The translations under genes were made by a program, and so were the position numbers. This document shows, piece after piece, positions 27,148 through 38,945 of a stretch of DNA of 64,000 nt. The stretch lies in assembly GCF_009914755.1 (NCBI RefSeq), contig NC_060942.1. One strand, given 5' to 3'. The notes under the pieces are model-generated. The model saw only the letters and a list, made by a program, of their open reading frames with translations, was not told the origin of the DNA and made no database searches. Position 1 is the first letter of the stretch; each line of letters opens with the position of its first letter. Source of the stretch: the human T2T-CHM13v2.0 reference genome, Homo sapiens.

Positions 27148-28560
27148 TACATAAACTTATTTTTCTATTTCTCTAAGAGGAAAAGTAAATATATGCATAC
27201 AAAGAAAAGAGATCTAGAGACACCAAGGTTTAACAGTTAACAGATCTGATTCATAGGATTACAAAATCTGTTGGTGAAGGTCTTTTTAAATGGGGACGAT
27301 TTAGGGGGCATAACTCCATGTATGTTCTAATTTTTCTTAGCATATTGAATCTGTAATAAGTTGGGGGGTGGGGGTGTTGTTTTAATTTCAAACCTAAGAG
27401 TCACATGCAAAAGAAGGCCAGGGAATCACAGTTTGACAGCACAATCCTTGAGACTGGAGCAGTGGTTCTCAAAGGCATTCCTAGCAACAGAACTCTTGCA
27501 AAGAAACTGAAACCAGGTCCCCCGAAATCTGGGGGTACAGTCTGCAGCAAACTCAAAATTTCTTAGGAGTCTCCCAATTGATCTTAAAAATTAAAGCAAA
27601 TACTGCATTCTACTAAATAATCTGTCTTTGTCCTATCATAAAAATGTATTATATTATTTACCAGTTAAATTATTTAACATTTTCCCCAAAGCCTTTGTGT
27701 TGATTTTGCAGACAAAGAAGATGCTCTATGTGTTCCCCACCCACTACAACTACTCGTTTGAGAAGCACAGCGCCAGGGTGCTTAGATGTTTCAAGAATAC
27801 ATACTGGCTTAATCCACCACCAAGTTCTTACTGAAAACCTTAACTTGTGTGTCCCGAATTTATGAAAGATTACTGTGAAAACACCAGTGAAATAAAGTCA
27901 CCTGTTTTGTAAACATATATGCATATAAAATATATGTAAATAAAATGATCTTAGTAAGTTCCTCAAAGTCATGCTGTAACTCTCCCCACTCAAAGATAGT
28001 TTTAAATAACGATTAAGCAAATAAATCCTGTTTGGTACTAGTTATTTTTTTTAAGTACCAAATGCTTTTCCCTAATCTGAAACCCTAATTCAGTAACGAA
28101 TGGATATGCCTCTATCTTTGGCTAAAACATTTAACAGGGCTTAGTTAGTTCAATTCTACAAATACTTCTTAATCATATACTCTGCACAAGGTAATGTGTA
28201 AGTGCTTTAAGACATTTCATCCTTTATTTAATTGGAATATGAAGGCTATTTTATTACAAACATGTTTTCACACTTTTAAAACGTCAAAGCTTATTTCTTG
28301 CTGTTTTGTTTTTTCACAATTAAAATGGATCTCATAGAGTCCCTCATTTCAGTTTACAAGGCTAAGGCTCTAACAAGGCAACTAAAGAAACTTAAGGTCC
28401 CAAGCTAGAAGCAAAGACAGTCTCTGAGACGCCCATCTCCTTAATGTCCTGTCAGAGCTCTCTGTACCATGTCTTACATGAGACCATACATCTTATCAGT
28501 GTACCTTTTAACACTATTGGAAACACATTTCTATTTATCCATAAAATAAACCAACTGCAC

Positions 28561-28863
28561 TTTTTTTTTTTTTTTTTTTTTGCGACAGAGTCTGGCTCTG
28601 TCGCCCAGGCTGGAGTGCAGTGGCGCTATCTCGGCTCACTGCAAGCTCCGCCTCCTGGGTTCACGCCATTCTCCTGCCTCAGCCTCCTGAGTACCTGAGC
28701 CTACAGGCGCCCGCCACCATGCCGGGCTAATTTTTTTGTATTTTTAGTAGAGACGGGGTTTCACAGTGTTAGCCAGGATGGTCTCGATCTCCTCACCTCC
28801 AGATCTGCCCGCCTCCGCCTCCCAAAGTGCTGGGATCACAGGCGTGAGCCACTGCACCCGGCC
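28561..28863 (-). mobile_element. AluY with target-site duplication ccaa(c/t)tgcac
   Basis: Poly-T, gcaagctccgcctcctgggttcacgccattctcc, gttagccaggatggtctcgatctcc. Confidence 0.95.
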
Positions 28864-30249
28864 CCAATTGCACATTTTTAAGGTCCACATAATTAACAAA
28901 TCAGCAAGTTCTATTTATGTTTTTATGCGAATCTATACGTCTACAAGGTTAAGTGTAGACATACACTGATACATTTAGCAAGATAAATTTAGTTTGAAAA
29001 CACTTTTTTTCAAGTGACAGGTTTTTGTCTGATAGCTTTCAATAAGTCCAATATTTTAAAAACCTAATGACTGTGCTTCATTTTAAATATCTGGCAAATC
29101 AAATAAATTACAGCAGGTACAAATTAAGCCAACTTAATACGCTTTCTGCTACACTTCTTACAGTTTGTGATATTTATACATATTCACATTTTGTGTTAAA
29201 AGGGAACACTGATTCCTTAACAACATCTAATTTTCCACAGCGATATATTAAAATAACCACCTGCTTTGACCATAGTCAATCATTCTATTTTTAGCAGCGG
29301 ACTTTTCTTTACCAAAAATAATGCATACATTTCCAAATCAGCTTGAAATGCAGGTTCCCATGCCAGGCATAATGACAGGCCCTCTAATTATATCAATCCA
29401 GGAAGTTCACTCAACTTACAAAGGATAAAAGATTCATCATATAAAAATCATTCTGCTTCCCCCTAATAGAGCACTATGTAAAGACTAATTTTAGTAATAG
29501 CAGCAAATTGATTAAAAGTTCAAGTTTCCTATTTAAATTCCTGCTTTTTCTCCTACATAAAAGAATTTTTGCAGGCATTGTCACCATTCTATTTGTGACA
29601 AGGCTTGTGGTATGTCTAGCATTATAGGTATTCAATTAAGAACTATTATCACAGCACTAAGCAACAGGGCTGGGCTTCTGAAAACAGGTAAGTGGAAGTA
29701 ATGGAGACCTAGAGAGGACACAGGACATAGTTCTGGAGATTCAGGGGGAAAAAACAAGTAGTTCAACTAGTATGTAATAGACTCCCTTTGTGTGCTTAAA
29801 CATAGACCATTGGTTTATTAGAAGGCAAAATATGCATGACTTTCCCTATTTATAAATCAAGGAGTCTTACAAGCAGAAAGATAATCCTCAAGAATGTAAA
29901 CCATTCTTGGCATTATCCCTCCATCTGTAAACTAACTGCAGTGATGGGTACACAGCTAGGGAACAGCTCACGATATAATGAGAGGGATTTCATAAGGTAC
30001 CATTATGCATGCTGATACTTCTGATGCACTGGCTCATTTTACTTCTTCACGCTGAAGATGCTTCTGGAAAGCAGATGAGCAAGACCTGGCAATGTAGATG
30101 GCAACTTAGCCTTGACGTTGGAGGTGCAGAAAGTGCTGCCCCCCACCCGCCAGACCAACCTGCCTGCCCGAGGTATCTGCTTGGGGGATGAGGGTGTCAA
30201 CTGATAAGGTTTTGATGAACAGACTCTACTTCCCTAAGTTGTAAGGTCA

Positions 30250-31800
30250 TGAAAAACACGAAGGGAGATTCTTGGTTACAGAAGAGCGAAAATACGAAGG
30301 CAGGGGCGGAGCACACGTGAATTTAGGGCACGCATCCCGGAGAAACGACCTCTTGGACCTGCACCTGTCCTGGCAGGTGCGCGCATCCCCGGCCACAGGC
30401 GCCGCAAGAAAAAATATTTCCCCGAGAGGCTACTCTATTTGTGTCATAACTTAGGGTACCCCACGTTGCAGGGTAGAAAGGATTTCCTCCGGTCGTTCTT
30501 CCATACCCTTCTCACGTTGAAGACGGCCACGGGCCTTGCGCCAAGCTGGACGAATAAAATACACGGTGAAGAGAGCGGGGCCGCGCAGTGACGGGCTTCC
30601 CGCCAGGGGACCCCACCCGCAGGCCCTACAGTCACCTGCACCCAAAGGCCCTGGCGCGCCCCCGGGCCGCGCCACCGCCCCTGCTGGGCCCGCGCAGCGT
30701 CTGGAGGCCGAGCCAGTGCTGCTGCAAGATCCGACCGCGTCCAGTCGCCATAGAGACAAGGAGTTCACCACAGGACCGCGCCAGGGCTGAAACGAAGAGT
30801 GCACGCACCGCCCCCACGCCCGCACGTCGCCACACCCCTTATGCGCATGCGCGCGTGAGCAAAAGTAACGGTATGCCCACCCTTGCGCAGACGGCACCGC
30901 GCCAGACACCCGCTCACAGAGCGGGCTTCTAGAAACTTCCGGGCCTCGGCTTCCTTACCCACCCCTAACATTCTGCCGCCTAGGGCGCCAAGCCAAGTTC
31001 GCGGCTTAACCATTTAGGAAACCGGTGCCTGCTTTGCAGCGGCCTCGTTCATCCCCACTTGCTGACTCTTTATTGTCCAGTTTTTCTGAAAACACAGTAA
31101 AACGCAAAAACTAAATCATTTGCCCACGCGGAATTGGCAAGACCACAGTCCAAGGGGGTATTTCCCACTGTGCACAGTCCTCTCTATAAGGATCAGGAAA
31201 ACACGTAGATTGTAACTGCTAATTTGGCTTTTGCAAGTCCCGCCTGAACCACGTAGGGTGGGTGGTACCAATTCCCCCACCAACACCCCACTTTCCGCCG
31301 CTCCAGGGACGCGCAGCGTCTGCGCCGACGCTGGGCGCGGAGGCGTCTGGGGGCGCGGGAAGGACCTGCGCCGTGCTCTGGCCGCCTTGAATTGTGGGAG
31401 ATGTAGTCTCTTTTGCGCGCCTCTTTGCCGTATCCCAGTTAAGAGCGAGGTTTTCAAACTACTATTCCCAGGAAGACGGGGGTTTCCCAGGTGACTTTGC
31501 GAAGGCATGGCGGGGACACTGTGAATGTCAGCCCAGAAGGTGATCAGAGCCTGTTAATTAAAATGGAAAGAAGACAGAAGGGAAGGTAGACATCAGGTTC
31601 TCCCTGGAGACTTTTCGTTTTCATTTACGCTGCGGAAACTGACGTTTTTGCCTAACACCCCATGTAATGTAAACGTATAGGCTTGAGTACGTGTCCGGCC
31701 GCATGTGTAGTGAACCCTAAAGCTTTCCTAATTGTAGTTAGCATCGTCCCTAAGCGGAACGATTTTCCGTGAACATGATTTGTACTTTTCTACGAGCCGT
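30250..31800. promoter_or_regulatory. CpG island and bidirectional promoter of FBXO15 and TIMM21
   Basis: Sharp rise in GC and CpG between divergent ATGs (30751 and 31775); NRF1-type TGCGCATGCGC 30842-30852; ETS/GABP ACTTCCGG 30935-30942; CRE-like TGACGT 31640-31645; X-box-like GTCGCCATAGAGAC 30744-30757. Confidence 0.9.
30636..30751 (-). CDS. FBXO15: F-box only protein 15, coding exon 1 (116 nt; MATGRGRILQQHWLGLQTLRGPSRGGGAARGRARAFGCR)
   Basis: ATG at 30751 (plus strand cat 30749-30751); donor AG|GTGAC at 30635; peptide is the tail of ORF 30632..30835 and matches the recognised FBXO15 N-terminus. Confidence 0.92.
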
Positions 31801-32075
31801 ACAGTATACGGAGAAGCTGCACAGGTCCTCGGCAAAGCGATTGCTTTTGCCATACATCGTGCTTAACAAAGCGTGCTTGAAGACTGAGCCCAGTTTGAGA
31901 TGTGGGCTTCAATATCAAAAGAAAACGCTGCGACCTAGATGTATTCTTGGAGTCACCCAGAAAACCATCTGGACGCAGGGACCGAGCCCCCGAAAAGCAA
32001 AGGAGGATGGCAGCAAACAAGTGTCTGTGCACAGGAGTCAGAGAGGGGGAACCGCCGTCCCAACATCACAAAAAG
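31775..32075 (+). CDS. TIMM21: Mitochondrial import inner membrane translocase subunit Tim21, coding exon 1 (301 nt; [14 protein letters not shown]...AVPTSQK; basic presequence-like N-terminus)
   Basis: ATG in aacATGa at 31775; donor AAG|gtaaaa at 32076; ORF 31769..32182 matches the recognised TIMM21 N-terminus up to the donor. Confidence 0.96.
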
Positions 32076-32869
32076 GTAAAAAGGAGTACTTTAATGATTG
32101 GGCTTTCAACAGACATGACAAGAGCTGCCAATGCCCTTTTATACCAAGTTCACTGCTAAAGGTGAAAAAGCAATTCACATGAATTTTTAAAAACCGTTTA
32201 AACATAATTTAGAACTAGAACATATAGATCTACAGTTTTCTTCACAGATTGGAACTCAGATGTGAAAGTTGATCTTGAATTTGATATAACTTTTTTTCAT
32301 TATGTTTGGGAAATTTTTCTCAAGTTATATTGGCTCTGTTACATATAATAAAGAGTAATTGGATAGGATAAAAAGAGAGAGAGAGAGATTATTGACTCAT
32401 AACTGGTAGGGAAAACTTTCACATGTTACCTGCAGTAATAGAAAAACATAAAATAGGGAGGATGGAATGTAAGTTGTCAGGGAAAGTCAGAGATGTATTC
32501 ACAGATATTTTAAGATTTTTTTTTAATGTCTTCATTTCGCATGTGATTTGTAGGAAAAAAAAAGACAAAGCAATTTAGACCGCCATGATTATACCACACG
32601 AAGATGACTATTTTTAACATTTTGCACTTTCATACACATACCTTTTAATAATTTTTAACCCAAAAAATTGGATCATACCAATTGTTTTAGAGTCTGCTGA
32701 CTATGCCAAAAACCTAGCTTTTCATTCATACTAGTTCAGCACGAAGGAACAACCTGTATGCAGAGGTGAAAGGCATAGAAGTGGCAAACAGCATGTGCAT
32801 CAGGTCATCTGGCTCAGGCAACAGTGCTCATGCTTGCACTGCACACCAGGCCTGCTTAGGGACCCCTTC

Positions 32870-35690
32870 CCTCATCTGCACCCCATTCAGACGTGACAGT
32901 CCTTGTGGCTGAGTGAATTGATGGGAGCAACATTCCCAAATATGGAATATGCTGCGTCCAGAATTCAAACAGGCCTATGAAGCATTGTGGTAGGAGGTAT
33001 AGGGTACAATTGTCTTTTACTTGGGAGGGCATGTCTTGGCACGCCCCAGTGTAGCCCCACGAGGTCGGCTCATGTGTTGATGAGCCTCTGCATCTTTGTT
33101 GGACCCACCTCTCACACTTGCAGCTTCTCTGACCAAGCCTTCTAACACACTTGCCACTTGTTACTTATGGGCTCTAACATGATGGCATAAATATAGTAGA
33201 CAAATGTGATATTCTCCTGAATGTCCAGAACAGCATTATTCAAATAAAACTTTCTGCATAGAAATGTCCTATATCTGTGCTGTCCATTTGGGTAGTTCCT
33301 GGCCACTTGTAGCTATTTTGAGCACTTGAAATGTTGCTAAAACTTGTGACTGAAGAACTGAATTGATTTAATTTTAATTAATTTAAAATTGAACTGAAAT
33401 AGCCATGAGTGGCAAGTGGCTACTGTATTAGACAGCCCAGGTCCAGAAGGTTTCAGTCCCTTAAGACTGTTATGATAGAGGGTGAGAGAATTAGCAAATC
33501 CTGGGCAGGATCATAAACATACACTGTTATTATCTGTTTCATGTTACTACAGACTACTGCTGCTGCTTCTGAATAGAAGGCGTTCTTCAAAGCAATGGCC
33601 AATACCATGAGATTGTGTTAATGCATTCCCCTGTAAAGTTACCATTTGTGGTATTACATGTGTACCCCGGCTGCCACTTGGTTGAGTTTGCAGTTAACCA
33701 CTGTCATTCTCCAGCACCTATTTGTGTTTTGTAAAGGAAGACTGGTAAATTACAAGGGACCGTGATGGGGATCGCCATGCCTGTATCTAAGGTCTCTAAG
33801 AATACTCTGCCATTCCCCATAGATGTGATATCATTTTTAATTTCCTATCTTGGTCACCGAAAGGGCAGCTTCAGGGGCTTCCATTTGACTTTTCCCACTG
33901 CGATGGCTCTTAACCCACTTCCAAAGGAACTAAAGTGGGAGTTATTGTTGCCAGTTACTCAGTACATCCCCTTGATTTATACATTTGGAAATCACAGAAA
34001 TTATTGCCAGGTAAGTCCCTGGACCCACCTGTGAGCTTCTTACATCCGGTGATGGAGGGCGGTCAGGGGGTCATCATGACTCTTTGGGTCCTTGGGTATC
34101 ACTGTCAGCACAGACTATGTCCAAGTTGATAACTGTAGGTCCTTTTGGTGAAGGACGGGGGGAGTCAGTTACATACGCTTTCCTTCAGTAAATGCGTTCC
34201 AGGTCTGAAAACTGGTTCAGGTCCAGAAACTGGGGCAATGTTCAGGACTTTGCATTAGAGCAGCTGCCTTCAGCCTCAGGAATCATCTGTAGTTAATTTC
34301 TCATGACTGTGTAATTCAGAAGTAGCCTTGTCCGCTGCCCTTGTGTCTTCCCTTTGGAAACACTGTGTTCTAGTCATCAACTCTGTTGCTTTCTGTAGGT
34401 CAGACACTCCCGACTGCCACTCCAGCCTTGCCATTAGTTATGATGGTTGCACCCACCTTGGCTTCTGTTTAACACCCCAGCCTGGTCTCTGCTTCATAAT
34501 TCTTTCATCTCCATTTCTGTCAGGGCATCCTGCTCTATAAAGATGTAACTGTGGCTTCCTTGTGGCTTTGGTACACAGTGTCCTCCTGTCCCTCCTAAGA
34601 ACATAGTCAGCTGGTGGGTTTTCGGGCTTTATATCTTATATCTATGGTAGCATCCCCATTCTTGGAGGCTGTTGAGCCTTTCGTCCAGTTTGCCATGGCT
34701 GTTCTGTCACTTTTACTTAATGTGGACCATCACTGTCTCGAAGTTTCCAGGAGCAGACCTAGCCAGCTGCATATCAGTTCCCAGGGTGCTTGCCTGGTTG
34801 CTAAATTCATCACAGGAGCGTGCCCCATGCTGATCAACTCTCAGCTGGTTTTGTGTTCTGTGCCCTTGACACACCACCCTTAAGAAGCAGTGGTGTCTAT
34901 GTTCCCCCCCCCCCCGGGGGGACCTCCAGCTCCTTCCGAGTATTGTTCTTCTCACCCTTCTCATGCCCAGTCGTGTTGTAACTTGGCCAGGAGGGGAGGT
35001 GGAGAGCCCTCCTGAGAGCAGCACGTATCTTGCTAGGCAGAAACCCCCACCCACCCCTCGCCCAGTTTCCAAGGTGGAGGAAGTGCCAACCTTTACCAGA
35101 CACTGAGCTGCTGCTTCAGGGCTAGAGGGGTCAGGAGAATTGGGATTCAAGATTTTTTACAACATTGACCTCAAGGGCCCCCTACCCAGCTTTAGGTTGC
35201 CTTTCCTCCCAAATCAGGACCCTGACCTTGGTGTGGGAGGTCTCATGGGCTTGAAATGCCAAACTCCCTGAATCCCTTCCGCCCCAGACCTCACCCACGC
35301 ATTTTCTATCCTCTGGGTGCAATTTGAGTCTTGTTCTGCCGGGGAGGAGGCTCCTGCCCTTGGCACTCACCTTCACTGGTGATTAGTTACACACTTCATC
35401 TCACCATCCCTCTCCATGGCCCCAGCCACAGCCGTCTGATATAAGTCCTTAAAATTGCTGATTCCTCCTAAACTCCCAGAATAACACATCAGCCAGTACA
35501 TTCCCTTCCGCCAGCATTCCATCCCAGGTCCCCATTGGTGAGAGCTGCATCAGCTGCACTACAGCTCTATGACAGGTGCTGTCAGTACCCCCCTACCACC
35601 AGGGACAGGGTCCTCATTGCCAGCCAGTGGCCGGCAAGCCAGCTCCAAAATCCAAATTGAGAGCTGCTTACCACTCCTGGTAGCACCCGT
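32870..35690 (-). mobile_element. Degenerate ERVL-class internal region (HERV16/ERV3-16A3-like gag/pro remnant) in TIMM21 intron 1
   Basis: Adjoins an LTR16-type LTR; PBS-like TGCTACCAGGAGTGG on the minus strand at 35685-35671; broken minus-strand ORFs (34713..35150 begins NPNSPDPSSPEAA, reminiscent of ERVL gag). Left boundary approximate. Confidence 0.65.
33231..33440. mobile_element. MER3 (hAT-Charlie) with perfect 8-bp target-site duplication gtccagaa, nested in the ERV remnant
   Basis: aactttctgc..gaaatgtcctatatctgtgctgtcca..gagcacttgaaatgt..gtggctactgtattagacagc; TSD at 33223-33230 and 33441-33448. Confidence 0.9.
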
Positions 35691-36064
35691 TGTAGGTTGG
35701 CTTCCCAGGGAAGTGGGATTTGCGTAAGGTTTATCAGGGAGTGCTCTCAGAATACGTCTTGAGGGATGAGGGAAGCAGGACTGGGCAGAGGGAGAGGCCG
35801 AAGTGCATTTGCAGTTGGGGCCTCAGCTGCTGCTCTGGGGACTTCTGGAGCTGAGCTGGCCAGTCACTGTCCTACCTAATATGGGGGCTGAGTCTTATGC
35901 TTCTGCATCAACCAGGCATTGAATATGGGCTGGTCCAGGGAAGTGCCGTGACCTAAGTGAGGAAGCTCTCTTATGATGGAATGCCCAGAGAGGAGCTCAG
36001 CTGACAACTGTCCGCTACCAGTGCTCCCTGCAGCTGGGAGCCCCATACCACAGCACCCACTATA
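35691..36064 (-). mobile_element. LTR16-family (ERVL) 5' LTR
   Basis: tgtaggttggcttccc..ggtttatcagggagtgctctc..ggaagcaggactgggcagagggaga..cagcacccactata resembles the reverse complement of LTR16. Confidence 0.75.
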
Positions 36065-37235
36065 GGAGGGGTAGAGAATTGTGGAAGCAAATAAATGGCA
36101 TGAGGGTTTTTTGCATACAAGTATTAGGTCTGATAGGGTTCAGAAAGTTAGACAGTGAGCAGCTTCCATTGGAGACAGCTATAAAGTAACAAACAGAAAT
36201 TTTTCAAGTGTGTAGAATATGGAGAATATTTAGCACAGGGCTTTATATATAACAGATATACAGGAGCTGTTGTTTATCAAATAAATGGAAAAGACCTGTC
36301 AGATACCCTAAGCAAGGTAGGAATGAATTGTTGGAAGGGACAGTCAGAAGTCCAGGGTGTTGGGGCCAATGACCCGGTTTGGGTAACAAGGACAAATAAG
36401 GATACTTACTAGAACTAGTTAGTTGTTATTGTATTCTCAACCTGGGAGTTGATACATAACTGGCAGGTAATATTTATTGAAATGTATTTTGTGACACTGA
36501 GAGTGGAATGAGATGTCGTCATTGTAGGCCCCAACTCCTGAACCTTGGAAGGGAAATTGGATTTGTGACAATTGTTTGAGTCAGTCCCATGAATTACACA
36601 GATTTTGGCAGATGAGGTCTTTTTATTATTTGAATAATGTCTTCTAAGTTGGGAACCTTGCTGAAAACTTGAAGGATTGTGATACGCTAAAGACTACTTT
36701 TAAACAAGCGTTGTATTAGCTAAATACTTCTTTTAAACAATGTTGTTTATAAACATAATAGAAGCTTTTTATACAGAAGAGAAAATAACAGCAACATCTA
36801 TTAAAATTTTCTTCCAAAAGTTTTTTTCTTAAAAATTTTTTAAAGATTTATATTTCAGAAGTCTGAATGGCTAATGTGGTGAATAAATTAGTCTATAAAC
36901 ATAATGCCAGGAGGTGACTCACTTTCTCAGCATCAGTGAAAAGCATAGTCGTAATTGTAATGTTAAGGTAGTGTAACTGTAATGTTATAGCTCTTTGCAT
37001 ATATATGAAGATACACATGGTAGATATACAGTAGCTGTTGGTAAGTGAAAAAATAGAAAGACTCACCTGATACGCTAAGCAAGGCAGGAATGAAATGTTG
37101 GGAGGGACAATCGGGAATCTAGGGTGATTGGGGTAATAGGGACAAATAAGCGTACTTGTATATGTATTTCTGTATAATACAAATACATTTATTTATAGCT
37201 ATACATATGTATATATTCTGTCCCCTGACACTGTC

Positions 37236-37526
<291 letters not shown>

Positions 37527-38110
37527 CCCTGACACTGTCTTGATTGAGTTTCTCTAGCTCTCAGAGTGTCTGTTTAACCCATATGCACATATTTTATTAG
37601 TGTGGGAAAACAAATGTCTGGTCTGTGCATTTTCTTCATTTTCTAAGTTTAATTCATAAATCTTTCTGGCCAACCATATTCCTACTCTGAACACAGTTCT
37701 GTTTTTATGCACCAGTCAGTGTGGGGTGGGACTGGCATTCGAGCTAGTTACTAACTGTTAAGAGTTGACACCCATTTTGGTCCATTCAGTCCCTTACCCA
37801 TTTGGTTGACAAAAGCCAGCACTCTTCCTAATCTGGGAGTGTTGCCTAACCTACAGCAGTTGTGGACTGGATCACTTGTTAAAAGGATTTCTTCATCCTA
37901 AATTAAAACATAGATTCCCAAGCCCTGCTCTGAGAATTCTGCTGAGGCGCTGACACACAGGGAGTTTTCAAAACAGCTGCCCCTGAACACACACAGACCC
38001 CTTGCTTTGATCTGGAGGCTGCTTTTCTCTCGCAAGAAGTGCAAAAGCAGCAGACAAGCTTGCCTGCTCCCAGCCGGCACCCGTAACCCATTGGTGTTTT
38101 CTCTTCACAG

Positions 38111-38173
38111 TGAAAGAAGCCGGAAGAGATTTTACCTATTTAATAGTGGTGCTTTTTGGAATCAGCATTACAG
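38111..38173 (+). CDS. TIMM21: TIMM21 coding exon 2 (63 nt; [21 protein letters not shown], most of the transmembrane helix)
   Basis: Acceptor ttttctcttcacag|, donor CAG|gttgca; phase 1/1. Confidence 0.95.
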
Positions 38174-38271
38174 GTTGCAAAAAACAGCAAGTATAAGCCC
38201 TTGAATATTTTTTAAACTGGACTTTTTATGTTGCCCTTGCTTCGCTTCATCTTTGTTTTCTGTGATTTCAG

Positions 38272-38369
38272 GTGGCTTGTTTTACACGATTTTCAAAGAA
38301 CTTTTTTCTTCATCCAGTCCTAGCAAGATATATGGGAGAGCCTTAGAAAAATGCAGATCACATCCTGAG
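38272..38369 (+). CDS. TIMM21: TIMM21 coding exon 3 (98 nt; [33 protein letters not shown])
   Basis: Acceptor tgtgatttcag|, donor GAG|gttagt; Tim21-family ELF..SP..I pattern. Confidence 0.96.
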
Positions 38370-38689
38370 GTTAGTTCTCAAGATTGAGTTACATGAACTC
38401 TGATGAGGGGGAGAAAATGTCTGGGAGGAGGAAGTGGGCAGAATTCAAGAACCAGTTCTCACGCTAGTGAAATTCACATAATAATACATAATGGTCGAGT
38501 CATCATTACATTATTAGGTCTTTGCTCTTTAAGAGAACCCAAAAGTCAGTGTACAGATGTTTTCATGCTAATTGTACAAGACAGTCATTTTGCTGGTTGT
38601 TCATAGATACTAAATTTTTAGAATACACCAAAATATTGAACTCATGGTAAGTTTCTAGTCTTTTTAAAGCCTGATGCATGACCTCATGG

Positions 38690-38945
38690 TCATAATGTCA
38701 TTGCTGACACTTACCGAAAATGTGTCCGTGCAAGCACTCTGCCCAGGGTCTCAGTGCATCATCTTTATTCAGTCTCACAAAAACCATTTGTGTTCGGCAC
38801 TACTTTGTCTTCAGTTTGCAGAAGGGGAGACTGACACTTAAAGAGATTAAGTAACTTCACCAGGATCACTGAGCTAGTAAGTGGGGGAACCGGAACCCGA
38901 ATCCACACAAATCCAAAATTTGCTTCCAAATCTAAGCTCTTAAGC
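38690..38945. mobile_element. MIR SINE
   Basis: gagattaagtaacttcaccaggatcactgagctagtaagtggggg aaccggaacccgaatcc..aagctcttaa. Confidence 0.8.

Noticed and set aside
30451-31508. Several 80-150 aa ORFs on both strands in the CpG island
   Set aside because: Expected from stop-codon scarcity in GC-rich DNA; only the FBXO15 exon-1 frame splices into a recognisable protein.
32076-32182. C-terminal part of ORF 31769..32182 (GKKEYFNDW...) and its upstream GTG start
   Set aside because: Read-through into intron 1 past the donor at 32076; the CDS starts at ATG 31775 and continues at 38111.
34713-35150. 145-aa minus-strand ORF as a domesticated gag gene
   Set aside because: It lies in a heavily decayed ERVL remnant, crosses the C12G6 run and shows no continuous recognisable capsid or zinc-knuckle motif.
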